From Scenedesmus sp. PABB004 (taxonomy: Eukaryota), in NCBI GenBank assembly GCA_014905635.1, contig CM026548.1, positions 992,001-1,056,000 on the forward strand: 64,000 nucleotides of DNA. The letters are read 5' to 3'. Shown here piece by piece: positions 22,022 to 32,269 of this stretch. Positions within the stretch are counted from its first letter, which is position 1; every line of letters starts with the position of its first letter. The notes under the pieces are model-generated. The model had not been told where the DNA came from, ran no database searches, and worked only from the letters and a program-made list of their open reading frames with translations. Position numbers and translations under genes: made by a program.

Positions 22022-24142
22022 GGGGCACAGCGCGCGCAGCACGCACAGCACACACAGCACAGCGCGACGGGCGCGCCCTGCCTCGCGCGGCGTGCGCGAC
22101 CACGCGCCCGCCCGCCCGCCTCTGCCGACCAGCCCCTCCCCACACACACACACACACACACCCACACCCACACACACCCACCGACTGTCCATGCGCGCAG
22201 TGCAACTACGTCGTGCTGGACGAGGCGGACCGCATGATCGACCTCGGCTTCGAGCCACAGGCGCGCCCGGCCGCGCCGCCGCCGCCCGCCCGCCCGCGCC
22301 GCGCGGCATGCGCTCCTTGGGGCGCCGCCTCCCTCCCTCTCCCCCCTCTCACACCTCCCCACCCCTCCTCCCACACCGCACGCCCTCCTTCTCCCTCCCT
22401 CCCCCTCCCTCCCTCTCTCCCTCCCTCCCTCCCTCGCTCGCCCCCTCCCGCGCGCACGCCCCGCAGGTCCAGGCGGTGCTGGACGCGATGCCGAGCGCGA
22501 GCATGAAGCCGGAAGACGAGGCCACCGAGCTCGAGGCGGGGCGCACCTACCGCACCACCTACATGTTCAGCGCCACCATGCCGCCCGCGGTCGAGCGCCT
22601 CGCGCGAAAGTACCTGCGCCGGTGCGGCGCGAGGCTGCGCGGCGCGGCGCGGCCGCGGCGCGCGTGGCGCGGCCGCGGCGGCGGCGGCTGCGGCTGCGCG
22701 GCGCGAGGGGCGCGGGGGCGCGGGGGCGCGGGGGCGCGGGGCACGGCCGCCCGCGCTCTGCCGCCACGTGAGCTCCGCGCGTGCTCCGCCGCGGCCGCGC
22801 ACAGGCCGGTGGTGGTGAACATCGGCCGCGCCGGCATGGCGACCGACAACGTCACGCAGCGCGTCATCATGGTCCGGGACAACGAGAAGGCCGGCAGGCG
22901 CGCCGCGCGCGAGCGCGCCCCGCGGCCAGCCACGCGCGCCCGCGCTCGTCACTCCTCTCCCCCCCCCCCCCCCCAACACACACACACACACACGCACACA
23001 CACCCGCCCCACCCACCCGCCCAACACCCACACACCCACACATCAACACACCCACACACAATCACACGCCCACCTTAACTGCAATGCACACGCACAGGCT
23101 GAGCAGCGAGATGGGTCTGATCCACGAGAAGAAGGTCATCGTCTTTGTCAACACCAAGCGCTCCTGCGACGCCGTGTACGCGCAGCTCGAGGAGGCGGGC
23201 TACCGCTGCACCGTGCTGCACGGCGGGCGCTCGCAGGACCAGCGCGAGGTGCGGCGGCGCCGCCGCCTGGCGCGCTGCTTGCGCGCCGATGCGGGCGCCC
23301 GGATGCGCTCGCCACGACGCGCCCGTCTGCTCAGCACGCCCAACTCACACCAAACACTCACCAAGCACTCACCAAACACTCACGCCAAACGCCCACACCA
23401 AACGCCCGCCAAACACGCACCGCACAAACACACAGGTGTCGATCAAGGGCTTCAAGGACGACACGTACAACGTGCTCATCGCGACCGACGTCGCGGGGCG
23501 TGGCATCGACGTCCCCGACGTCGCGCTCGTCATCAACTACGACATGCCGCACTCGATCGAGGCCTACACACACAGGCGCGGCGGCCGGGCGGCGGGGCGG
23601 GGCGGGGCGGGCGGGGCGGGTGGCTGCGTGGCTGGGCGGGGCGGGGTGTGCGGTCGCGCGGGCGGGCAGGGACGAGGGCGTGGGGCGGGGGCGGGGGGGA
23701 CGGAGCGGCGGGGCGGGGCGCGTGCGGGGAGGGGCGGAGGCGGCCGCGACCTGTCCCGGCCGCCGCCGCGCCGCCGCGCCGCCGCCGCGCAGAATCGGGC
23801 GCACGGGGCGCGCGGGGCGCAAGGGCACGGCGATCACGTTCCTCACGGGCCACGACAGCGAGGTGCGCGCGGGCTCGGCTCGCCTGCCCGCCCGCCTGCG
23901 CCGTGCGGGCGAGCCCGCCCACGCCGCCCCCTCGCGCCCGCCCGCCCGCCCCCCAAACCCTAAACCCCGCCCGCCCGCCCGCCCCCAAAACCCTTAAACC
24001 CCAGGTCTTCTACGACCTCAAGCGCCTGCTGGAGGAGTCCAAGGCCCCCGTGCCGCCCGAGCTCGCGCGCAGCGAGGCGGCCAAGCAGAAGCCGGGCGCG
24101 ATCAGCCAGAAGCGCGAGAGCGTGCAATACGCCAAGAAGTGA
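18036..24142 (+). CDS. PRP28: Pre-mRNA splicing DEAD-box helicase PRP28/DDX23; apparent 2-nt frameshift near 20070
   Basis: RD/RS-rich N-terminus, [104 protein letters not shown]. Stop TGA 24140-24142. Confidence 0.96.
20503..20562 (+). repeat. (GT)n microsatellite starting exactly at a 5' splice site
   Basis: aag|gtgtgtgt..., about 30 units. Confidence 0.95.
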
Positions 24143-24302
24143 GCAGGCGGACGCCTGTGGCTGAGCGGACGGACGCGCGCGCGCGACGCGGGGAGGGCGC
24201 GCGGCGCTGCGCCGCGCCGGGCGGCGGGGCGGGGCCCTGTGAGCGAGGCAACCGGCCGGCCCGATGCGTGTCGCGTTACGAAAGCCAGCCCCCGCCGCGC
24301 GG

Positions 24303-26477
24303 CTAGCTCGCGGCCTCGCCGGGCGCGTCGCGCCGCCGCACGCGCGCCGCAATCGCGGGCGGCGCCGCGGGGCCCTCGTCGTCGTCGTCGTCGTCCTCGT
24401 CGTCGTCCTCGTCGTCGTCCTCGTCCCCCTCGTCGTCGTCCTCGTCGCTGCCGCCTGCGGGCTCAGCAGCTGCCGAGCGCGCCTCCTCCGCTGAGCAGGC
24501 AGCCGCCTCCGTCTCCGTCGCCTCTGCCACCTCCGCCGCCGCGGCCTCCGCCTCCGCAGCTTTCGCCGCCTCGGCCGCCTCTGCCGCCTCAGCCGCCGCC
24601 GCTTCCGCAGCCGCTCTGGCCTCCAACTCTGCCGCCGCAGCGCGCTCCGCGTCGGCCGCAGCGGCAGCCGCTCTGGCCTCCGCCTCTGCCGCCGCAGCGC
24701 GCTCCGCGTCGGCCGCACCGGCAGCCGCTCTGGCCTCCGCCTCTGCCGCCGCAGCGCGCTCCGCGTCGGCCACAGCGGCAGCCGCTCTGGCCTCCGACTC
24801 TGCCGCCGCAGCGCGCTCCGCGTCGGCCGCAGCGGCAGCCGCTCTGGCCTCCGCCTCTGCCGCCGCAGCGCGCTCCGCGTCGGCCGCAGCGGCAGCCGCT
24901 CTGGCCTCCGCCTCTGCCGCCGCAGCGCGCTCCGCGTCGGCCGCAGCGGCAGCCGCTCTGGCCTCCGCCTCTGCCGCCGCAGCGCGCTCCGCGTCGGCCG
25001 CACCGGCAGCCGCTCTGGCCTCCGACTCTGCCGCCGCAGCGCGCTCCGCGTCGGCCGCAGCGGCAGCCGCTCTGGCCTCCGCCTCTGCCGCCGCAGCGCG
25101 CTCCGCGTCGGCCGCAGCGGCAGCCGCTCTGGCCTCCGCCTCTGCCGCCGCAGCGCGCTCCGCGTCGGCCGCACCGGCAGCCGCTCTGGCCTCCGACTCT
25201 GCCGCCGCAGCGCGCTCCGCGTCGGCCGCAGCGGCAGCCGCTCTGGCCTCCGCCTCTGCCGCCGCAGCGCGCTCCGCGTCGCCCGCCGCAGCCGCCGCGG
25301 GCAGCTCGGGCGCCGGCTCGCCGCCGCCGCCAAAGCCGTCGCTGCCCTGCGCGGCCATGGTGGCCAGGAACGCCTCCCGCGCGGCAGCCATGAACTCGTC
25401 ACCCGCCTCGTCAACCGCCGCGGCCGCCTCGGGGTTGGCGCTGCGCAGCGCGTCCGGCGCGGCCACGCTCTCGGTGCCCCAGCCCTCGCCGCGGCCGCCG
25501 CAGGCGCCCGCCTCGCCCGCCCCGCCCGCCGCCTCGCACGCAGGAGCGCCGGCACCGCCCGCCGCCCAGGCGTCGCCGCCGTCGCCGCCGCCACCGTCGC
25601 CGTCGCCGCCGCCATCGTCGGCCGCCCCGCTGCTCGCCGCTAGCTCGCCGCCCGCGCGCCCGCCGCGCTCGACGTGCGCGGCGGCGAGCGCGTCCGGCAG
25701 CTGCTCCGCCACTGCCTCGCGCGCCGCGTCGGCGGCGGCGGCGTCGATCGCGCCGCGCAGCGCGCCGCTGCGCGCGAGGCGGTGCGCGAGCGGCTCCAGC
25801 AGCTCGGTGCGCTGCGCGGCGGCCAGCACCTCGGCGCCCACCCAGTCGCGCAGCGGGCCGCCGGGGTCGTTGGCGAGGGCGACCGCGAGGCGCCGCAGCG
25901 CATCGCTCTGCTCGCCCAGCTCCGCAGCGAGGCGCACGAGCGCGTCCGGGTCGGCCGCGAGCGCGCCGGGGAGGTCCTGCAGCAGCGCGCTGCGCAGCAC
26001 GGGCAGCAGGCCGCTGCCAACCTGCTGCTGCAGCAGGTTGCCGAGCTCCTCCATCAGCTCCAGGCGCAGCGCCGCCCAGCCCAGGTGCTCGGCCAAGCCA
26101 GGCGCGAGCGCGTGCTGCAGCGCCGCGGCCCCCGCGGGCGACGCCTCCAGGGCGGCGAGCAGCGCCATGAGCGTGGCCTCGCTGCCGCGCGCGCCGCGCG
26201 CCGCCGCGGCCTCGCCCGACGCCCAGGCCGTCAGCGCGCGCAGCTCCTGCTGCGCCGCCGCCAGCTCGCCCCGCAGTGCCGCCAGGTCGGACGAGCTGGG
26301 GCCCAACTGACTTGCACCGCTCAGGAAAGCCAGGGGCGAGTTCAGGGCAATGGAGGCAACCAGCACGAGGACGCCGAGCAGAATCAGCGCGCGCCCCCCT
26401 CGAGCAGCAGCGGGCTCGCCGCTGGGCGGGCCGGCGCGCTCCAGCGGCGCCTGCTCTCGTGCTGGCCGCGGCACCAT
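24303..26477 (-). CDS. Intronless 724-aa hypothetical protein: N-terminal TM helix, coiled coil, 20-aa tandem repeats, acidic tail
   Basis: Single ORF with ALILLGVLVLVASIAL hydrophobic helix, heptad segment, (AADAERAAAAEAEARAAAAA)n and a poly-Asp/Glu tail. Confidence 0.75.
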   Translation of the reverse strand: MVPRPAREQAPLERAGPPSGEPAAARGGRALILLGVLVLVASIALNSPLAFLSGASQLGPSSSDLAALRGELAAAQQELRALTAWASGEAAAARGARGSEATLMALLAALEASPAGAAALQHALAPGLAEHLGWAALRLELMEELGNLLQQQVGSGLLPVLRSALLQDLPGALAADPDALVRLAAELGEQSDALRRLAVALANDPGGPLRDWVGAEVLAAAQRTELLEPLAHRLARSGALRGAIDAAAADAAREAVAEQLPDALAAAHVERGGRAGGELAASSGAADDGGGDGDGGGGDGGDAWAAGGAGAPACEAAGGAGEAGACGGRGEGWGTESVAAPDALRSANPEAAAAVDEAGDEFMAAAREAFLATMAAQGSDGFGGGGEPAPELPAAAAAGDAERAAAAEAEARAAAAAADAERAAAAESEARAAAGAADAERAAAAEAEARAAAAAADAERAAAAEAEARAAAAAADAERAAAAESEARAAAGAADAERAAAAEAEARAAAAAADAERAAAAEAEARAAAAAADAERAAAAEAEARAAAAAADAERAAAAESEARAAAAVADAERAAAAEAEARAAAGAADAERAAAAEAEARAAAAAADAERAAAAELEARAAAEAAAAEAAEAAEAAKAAEAEAAAAEVAEATETEAAACSAEEARSAAAEPAGGSDEDDDEGDEDDDEDDDEDDDDDDEGPAAPPAIAARVRRRDAPGEAAS
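24608..25280 (-). repeat. 60-nt coding tandem repeat, about 11 copies
   Basis: Successive 60-nt blocks from 24661 to 25260 are nearly identical. Confidence 0.95.
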
Positions 26478-26962
26478 ATCGCGATCCGGCCGTGCCGCGC
26501 CGGCTGGGCCTGCCGATCGTGCGCCTGCAGCCGGGCGGCCGACGCTGCTGCCGCCGTGCCCGCGCGATCCGGCTGTCGCGTGGCTCCGCTGGTCGTGGCG
26601 CGGCGTGAGCGGCCTCTGTGCGTTTTCGGCGCGGCGCCGGGATCACGCAGACCGCCGCACGAGCTGAGGGACTCTTGACGCTCGGTTTCAGCAGCAGGGC
26701 GTGCCCCGCCTGCCGACTGCAGATGCGGCGGCAATGCGCCGCCGCGCCCCCATCTCCGTCCCACCCGCCCACAGCACCACTAGGCGGCAAAGAAGCGCCA
26801 CGCAATGCTCGCAGCCGATCGCCGCAGGTGTGCGCGCAGCCGCAAGAGATGGCGGTCGCTCCTTATTCGCGCGGACGCCGATCATGCAGGGGCCGCACCC
26901 GACGCAATGCTCCGCTGCCGCTGCTGCTGCCGCTGCTCCGAGCGCCGTTCATCGGGGCCGGC

Positions 26963-28749
26963 TCAGGGCTTGGTGAAGGGCTCCAGCAGCTGCCGCGAGC
27001 TGCACGCAGCGGCGGGCGGGGGTCGGCGCCGCGCCGCGCGGCGCCGCCGTGCCCCGCCGGCGCTCGGCCGGCGGCCGGCGCAGCTCACCGCTCGATCGCC
27101 CACCAGCAGATTGTTGTCGAGGGCACCTGCTGGACGAGGCGGGGGGCGAGGCCGATGAAGAGCGCGCCCGCGCCGCCGCGCGCGACGAGCTTGCCGCCGG
27201 TCGCCCAGAACGCCGCGAGCTGGCCCTGCGCGCCCGCGCCGGCCGCGAGCTCCGCGCCGTGCGTCTGCGCGCATGCGCGCGCGCGGGCGGCGGCAGGCGG
27301 CGGCGTCAGGCCGCGGGCTCCCTCGCGTCGCCGCTGCCGCCGCGCCGGCGATGCCGCACCTGGATGTGGACCTGCGGCGCGGGCGGGCGGGGCGGGGGCG
27401 GGGGCGGGGCGGCGGGTGGGCACGCGCGGGCGCAGGCGCGGCGCCGCGCTGTGGCCGGCCGCCGCGGGGGCGGCCGCGGGGCGGACCTTGATGACGTCAA
27501 AGGGCATGGAGACCAGCACGCTCGCGACGCCCGCCGCCGCGCCGATCGCGAGGTCCCACGCCTGCTCCGGCACCGACGCGACCCAGCGGCCGGTCGCGTC
27601 GCGCCGCGTCGCGGCCGCCGCGCGGAGGTCGTGCAGCTGCGAGTACGTGCCTGCGCCGCGGCGGGCGCGGCGGCGCCGCGCCGTCAGCCAGCGCTGCCGC
27701 CGGCCGCCGCGCCGCCGCCCGCGCCCTGCCCCGTCCGCGCGCCGCCGCACCCAGCTCTGTGATATCATAGGGAAAGCTCTCAATCAAGAAGGGTACAAAG
27801 CCCCAGTACAGCCCGCCCACGCCCTGGGCAGGCGGGGAGAGAGGGAAAGGGGCGGGTGGGCGAGGGCGGCGCGGGCCGCCGCGCGGCGTGCGCGCGGGGC
27901 GTCGCGGCAGCGGCGAGCGGCGTGCGCGCGGGCGGCGGCTGCGGCGGCGGCGGCGGCGCACCTGCGTGCGCACGGTGCTCGCCATTTCTTGCAGGAAGTT
28001 GGCGCCCACGTTGCCCGCCTGCGCCCGGTGCCTGGTGCGCGCGGGGCGGGGCGGGGCGGGGGGTGCTCGGCAGCCGCGCGCCGGCGCGGGCGGCGGCGCC
28101 CCGTGGGCGGCGGCAGCGCGCCGCACCTGAACAGCTCCACCGGGCTCTCCACGAGCGCCGTCGCGAGCGCGCCGACCGTCGCGGCCACGAGGTTGGCGCC
28201 GCCGCCGTCGCCGGCGCCGCCGGTGGCCTGCAGCGCGCTGCGCTTGGCGACGCAGAAGCTCGCATAGTGCACGCCTCCCACGAGCAGCGAGCAGAGCGCG
28301 GCCGAGGCGAATCCAGAGTAGAGCAGCCGCGCCGCGGCGGGCACGCCCTCGCGCAGCAGCGCGCGCAGCACCGCCGCCGCGCCGACGCCGTCCGCCTGGC
28401 ACTTGACCTTTACGGTCTCCAGCGGGTACAGCACGCACACGGCCGCGACCTCGCCGACGCCGCCGCATATCGCCTCCATCGCGGGCCGCGCCAGCACGAG
28501 GCTGCGCCGCGGCGCGGGGCGCGTGGGGCGCGGCGCGGGCGCGTGGCGCGCGGCGCGCGGCGCGGCGGCTCACTTTGGGCTGCTGGGGTCCTTTGGCGGG
28601 ATGCGCTCGGGGTGCCAGGTGCTGCGCACGTACGCGACGCCGCCGCACGCGGCTATCGCGCTGACCGCTGCAACTTGCCGCGCCGCGCCCGCGACGCGCA
28701 GCCCGCCCAGGCCGCCGCCCAGGCCCAGGATGAAGCGTCCCGGCTGCAT
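26963..28749 (-). CDS. Mitochondrial carrier family protein (SAM-carrier-like); multi-exon
   Basis: Three PX[DE]XX[KR] motifs: YPLETVK, SPVELFR, MPFDVIK; LY-G and LFIGLAPR segments. ATG 28749, stop 26963-26965. Confidence 0.88.
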
Positions 28750-29302
28750 GGCCGCACCCGCCTCACGGCCGGCGCGGCGCGGCACCGCCGCGGCTGCTGC
28801 CGCCGCTCGCGGCCGCGCCCGCCGGCATCCGGCGCGCTCTGCTCGTGGCGGCTCGCGGAGAGCTCGCTGACGACGACGGCACGGAGAGCTCGCTGACGAC
28901 GACGGCACCGAGCAGCAGCGAGCCTGAGAGGCGGAGAGAGAGAGAGAGAGATGGTGCTGCGGCAGGTGCTGCTGCTGCCGCCGGCGCGGTGGCCCACAGT
29001 GCGGGGAGCAAGCCCGGGAGCGAGCTCTGATGACGCGATCGAGTGCGGGCTGCGGGGTGAGGCGGCTGCGCGTGTGTGCGAGCCGCCACGCCACGCAGCG
29101 CCGCCTCGAGCCCCGCCGCCGCCGCGACGCACCGACAAAAAACCCGCTCCTCCACCGCAGGCCCCGCGGCGGGCGGGCACCGCGCCCACACCCACCGCTG
29201 CGCGCCAGCCTCCGCAGCGGCCGGTCGCCGACGGCGGCGGCGCAGCAGCGCACGCTGCGCAGGCCGCGGCCGCCTGGCGCGCCGGGCTGGCCGCTCAGCG
29301 CC

Positions 29303-30456
29303 ATGCCCGAGGAGCTCGTTGACGACGACGAGTACGCCGCGCTCGACCGGGCGCTGCGGTCGGCGGAGAAGCGCGGCGGCAAGCGGCCGCTGACCGGCGG
29401 GCGGTGCCGGGACACGCCCAAGGCGCCCTGCATCGCCAGCAGCGGCTCCCCAGCGGCGGGAGCCGGCGGGGGCCCGCAGCGGCGGCCGGCGGCGGCCGCC
29501 GGCACGGCGGCGGGCGCGCTGCAGCAGCAGCGGCGCCTCCGCTCGCCGCCGCCGCAGCAGCGCCAGCAGGCGTGGCCAGGGCAGAAGCAGGAGCAGCAGC
29601 AGGAGCAACAGCAGCGCCAACAGCAGAAGGATCAGCAGCAGCAGCAGCGGCAGTGGCCGCAGCCGCCGCACCGGGGCCAACCGCCGCCGCAGCAGCCGCC
29701 GTGGCCGGGGCTTCAGCAGTCGCCTGCGCCATGGCCGCGCCCGGCGCCCACTGCCAGCGGCGGCACCGTGTCAGCCGGCGGCAGCGGCGGCTCCGGGCAG
29801 GCTCGCCAGCGCTCGGCGCCCGAGCTCGCCAGCGGCCGTTCGGCGCTGCCGCAGGACCAGCGGCGGTCGTTGGCCCCAGGCAGCGGGCCGGTGGTGCCTG
29901 CGGCCGTCAGCGGCGGCGGTGGGGCAGCGTGCGCGCCTGCCGCGCCCGCTGGCACGGCGCCCAGTGGCGGCGGCGCAAGCATACCCGCTTGCTGGAGCGG
30001 CGCCTCTGGCGGCGGGTCCGGCGGCCAGCCGCCCAGCGGCTGGGGCGGCTTCAGGCAGGGCAGCTGGAGCGGCGGGGCGGGCAGCGCCGGGAGTGGCGCC
30101 GGCGGCAGCGGCGGCAGCGGCGGCGGCGCGGCCGCCAAGCGCAGCAGCAGCTGCGAGCCTCCGTTCCTGCGCGCAGGCAGCGGGGGCGGGCCCGGCCAGC
30201 TGGAGCTCCAACGCAAGGCTGGCAGCTGCGCGCCGCTCAGCGTGGTCGGCGGCGCCGCGCCTGGGAGTGGCGGGGCGCCGCCGCGCTGCAGGAGCAGCAG
30301 CCCCCAGCTGGGCGGCGGCAGCTGGCCTGCCGGCGCTGGGGCTTCGGTCCCTGGCAGCGGCCAGGGACCGAGGGGGCAGCTGCCGGCGCAGCAGGCCGCG
30401 GATGCTGCCGGCGCGACCCCGGGCGCACGGGCGCTGCCGCAGCAGCCGCCGCCGCT

Positions 30457-30504
<48 letters not shown>

Positions 30505-32004
30505 GCCACCACCCTGGCCGCAGCCCGCCGCGCCCAAGCCCGTGCAGCAGCTCAGCAGCAGGCCCCATAGCGAGGCCGGGGGCAGCGGCAGCGTCAGCGC
30601 CACCAGCAGTGGCGGCCCCGGCAGCGGCGCCGCGCGCGCCGACAGCGGCGCCAGCAGCGGCGCCGGCGGGAGCGGGGGCGGCCTGCGGCGCTCCAGCAGC
30701 TGCGGCAGCCTGCCGCGCGGCGCGCCGCCGCCTGCCACCTTGGCCACGTCCGCGCCGCAGGCGCAGCGCGGCTCGCGCCAGCTGCCGGCCTCGCTCGGCG
30801 CCGGCGGCAAGTCCCGCGGCTCCGCGGGCAAGCCCGGCGCCCGCGGGCGTGGCGGCGCGGCGCCGGCGCTGGCGCCGGCGTGGCAGCCGGCGTACGGCGT
30901 GCCGCGCGCGAAGCCCGCGGCGCTGCTGACGTACGCGGGGCGCGCGCGCTACGCGTCTAGCGCGGCGGAGGTGGACGCGCTGTGCGACGCGCTGCTCGAC
31001 GCCGCGCCGAGGCTGCTCGGCTTTGACATTGAGTGGCGGCCGAGCTTTGTCAAGGGCGCGGTGCCCAACAAGGCCGCGCTGCTGCAGCTGGCCTACGCGG
31101 TGCGCGGCGCACGCGCGGCGCGTGCGCGCCAAGCGCCGCCGCCGCGCGGCCGCCGCGCCCGAGCGCGTGCGCGCGCCACGCCCGCTGTCTGCCACGGCAG
31201 GTCGACGAGCGCGGCCGCGACTGGCAGCCGCAGCACGACGGCCGCGGCGCGACCGTGCTGCTGCTCCACATCTTCTACAGCGGCATCACGCCCAAGCTGC
31301 AGGCGCGCGGCGGGGCCGGGGCCGGGCCAGCGCCGCCGCCGCGTGCACGCGTGCGCCGGGGCTGGGGCAGCTGGCGCAGCGCCCGCGTTGCGCGCGCCCC
31401 GCCGGCGGCGCCCGACGCCGCGCGCGCGCGCCGCCGCCGCCGCGTGCTCGCGCCCGCCGCCGGGCGCCGCAGGAGGTGCTGGCGCGGGAGGACATTGTGA
31501 AGGTCGGCGTGAACATCGGGGGCGACGTGACAAAGCTGGCCACCGACTTTGGCATCGACGTCGCGGGCGCGGACGACCTCAGCGACATGGCCCACACCCG
31601 CGAGCTGCGCCGCGTCGCGGGCGTCACGGCCAACACCGAGCACAAGCGCTGGAGCCTCGCGGGTGCGGCGCGGGGGAGGGCGGGGGCGGGCGCGCGGCGC
31701 GGCGGCGCGCGCGTGTGGCAGCTGCGCAGCGGCCGCGCCGACACGCGGCGGCACCATCACCGCAGGCCTGGTGGAGGAGGTGCTGGCGCTGGATTTGCCC
31801 AAGCCGCAGCACATCCGGCTCGGCAACTGGGAGCTGCGGCCGCTGACGGACGAGCAGCGGCGCTACGCCGCGCTCGACGCCTGGGCGAGCCTGCTGATGC
31901 ACTGGGAGCTTGCTGCGCTCGCGCCCCGGCCCACGCTGAGCCAGCAGCTGCGCGAGGCGATGCGGGAGCGCGCCGCCGCGGCGGCCGAGCTCGGCGGCGG
32001 CTGA
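29303..32004 (+). CDS. Werner-syndrome-like (WEX/WRN-exo) DEDDy 3'-5' exonuclease with long low-complexity, poly-Gln N-terminus
   Basis: LLGFDIEWRP (ExoI), ALLQLA, KVGVNIGGD (ExoII), WSLA/GLV, IRLGNWE..PLTDEQRRYAALDA (ExoIII). Confidence 0.9.
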
Positions 32005-32269
32005 CGAGCGTGTGGCGGGGTCTCGGACCAGGGCCCTGCGGCGGTCGCTGGCAACGATCGCGCTGCACAGGTGGCGCCCGAGCACCCTCGTCCGCGCCAG
32101 GGCAGATTCAGATTCACCGGCAGCAGCAGCTCGCACCTCAGCGAGCCCCCCCGTTCCGCTCAGCACCGCTTCTTTGTTGAGCCCCGCCGCTTGCTGATGG
32201 CTAGGAGGACCTCACGCCGGAGCCTGGGCGCGCCCTGAGCGCCGGGCGCGGCGCAGGGCGCGGGGCAAG

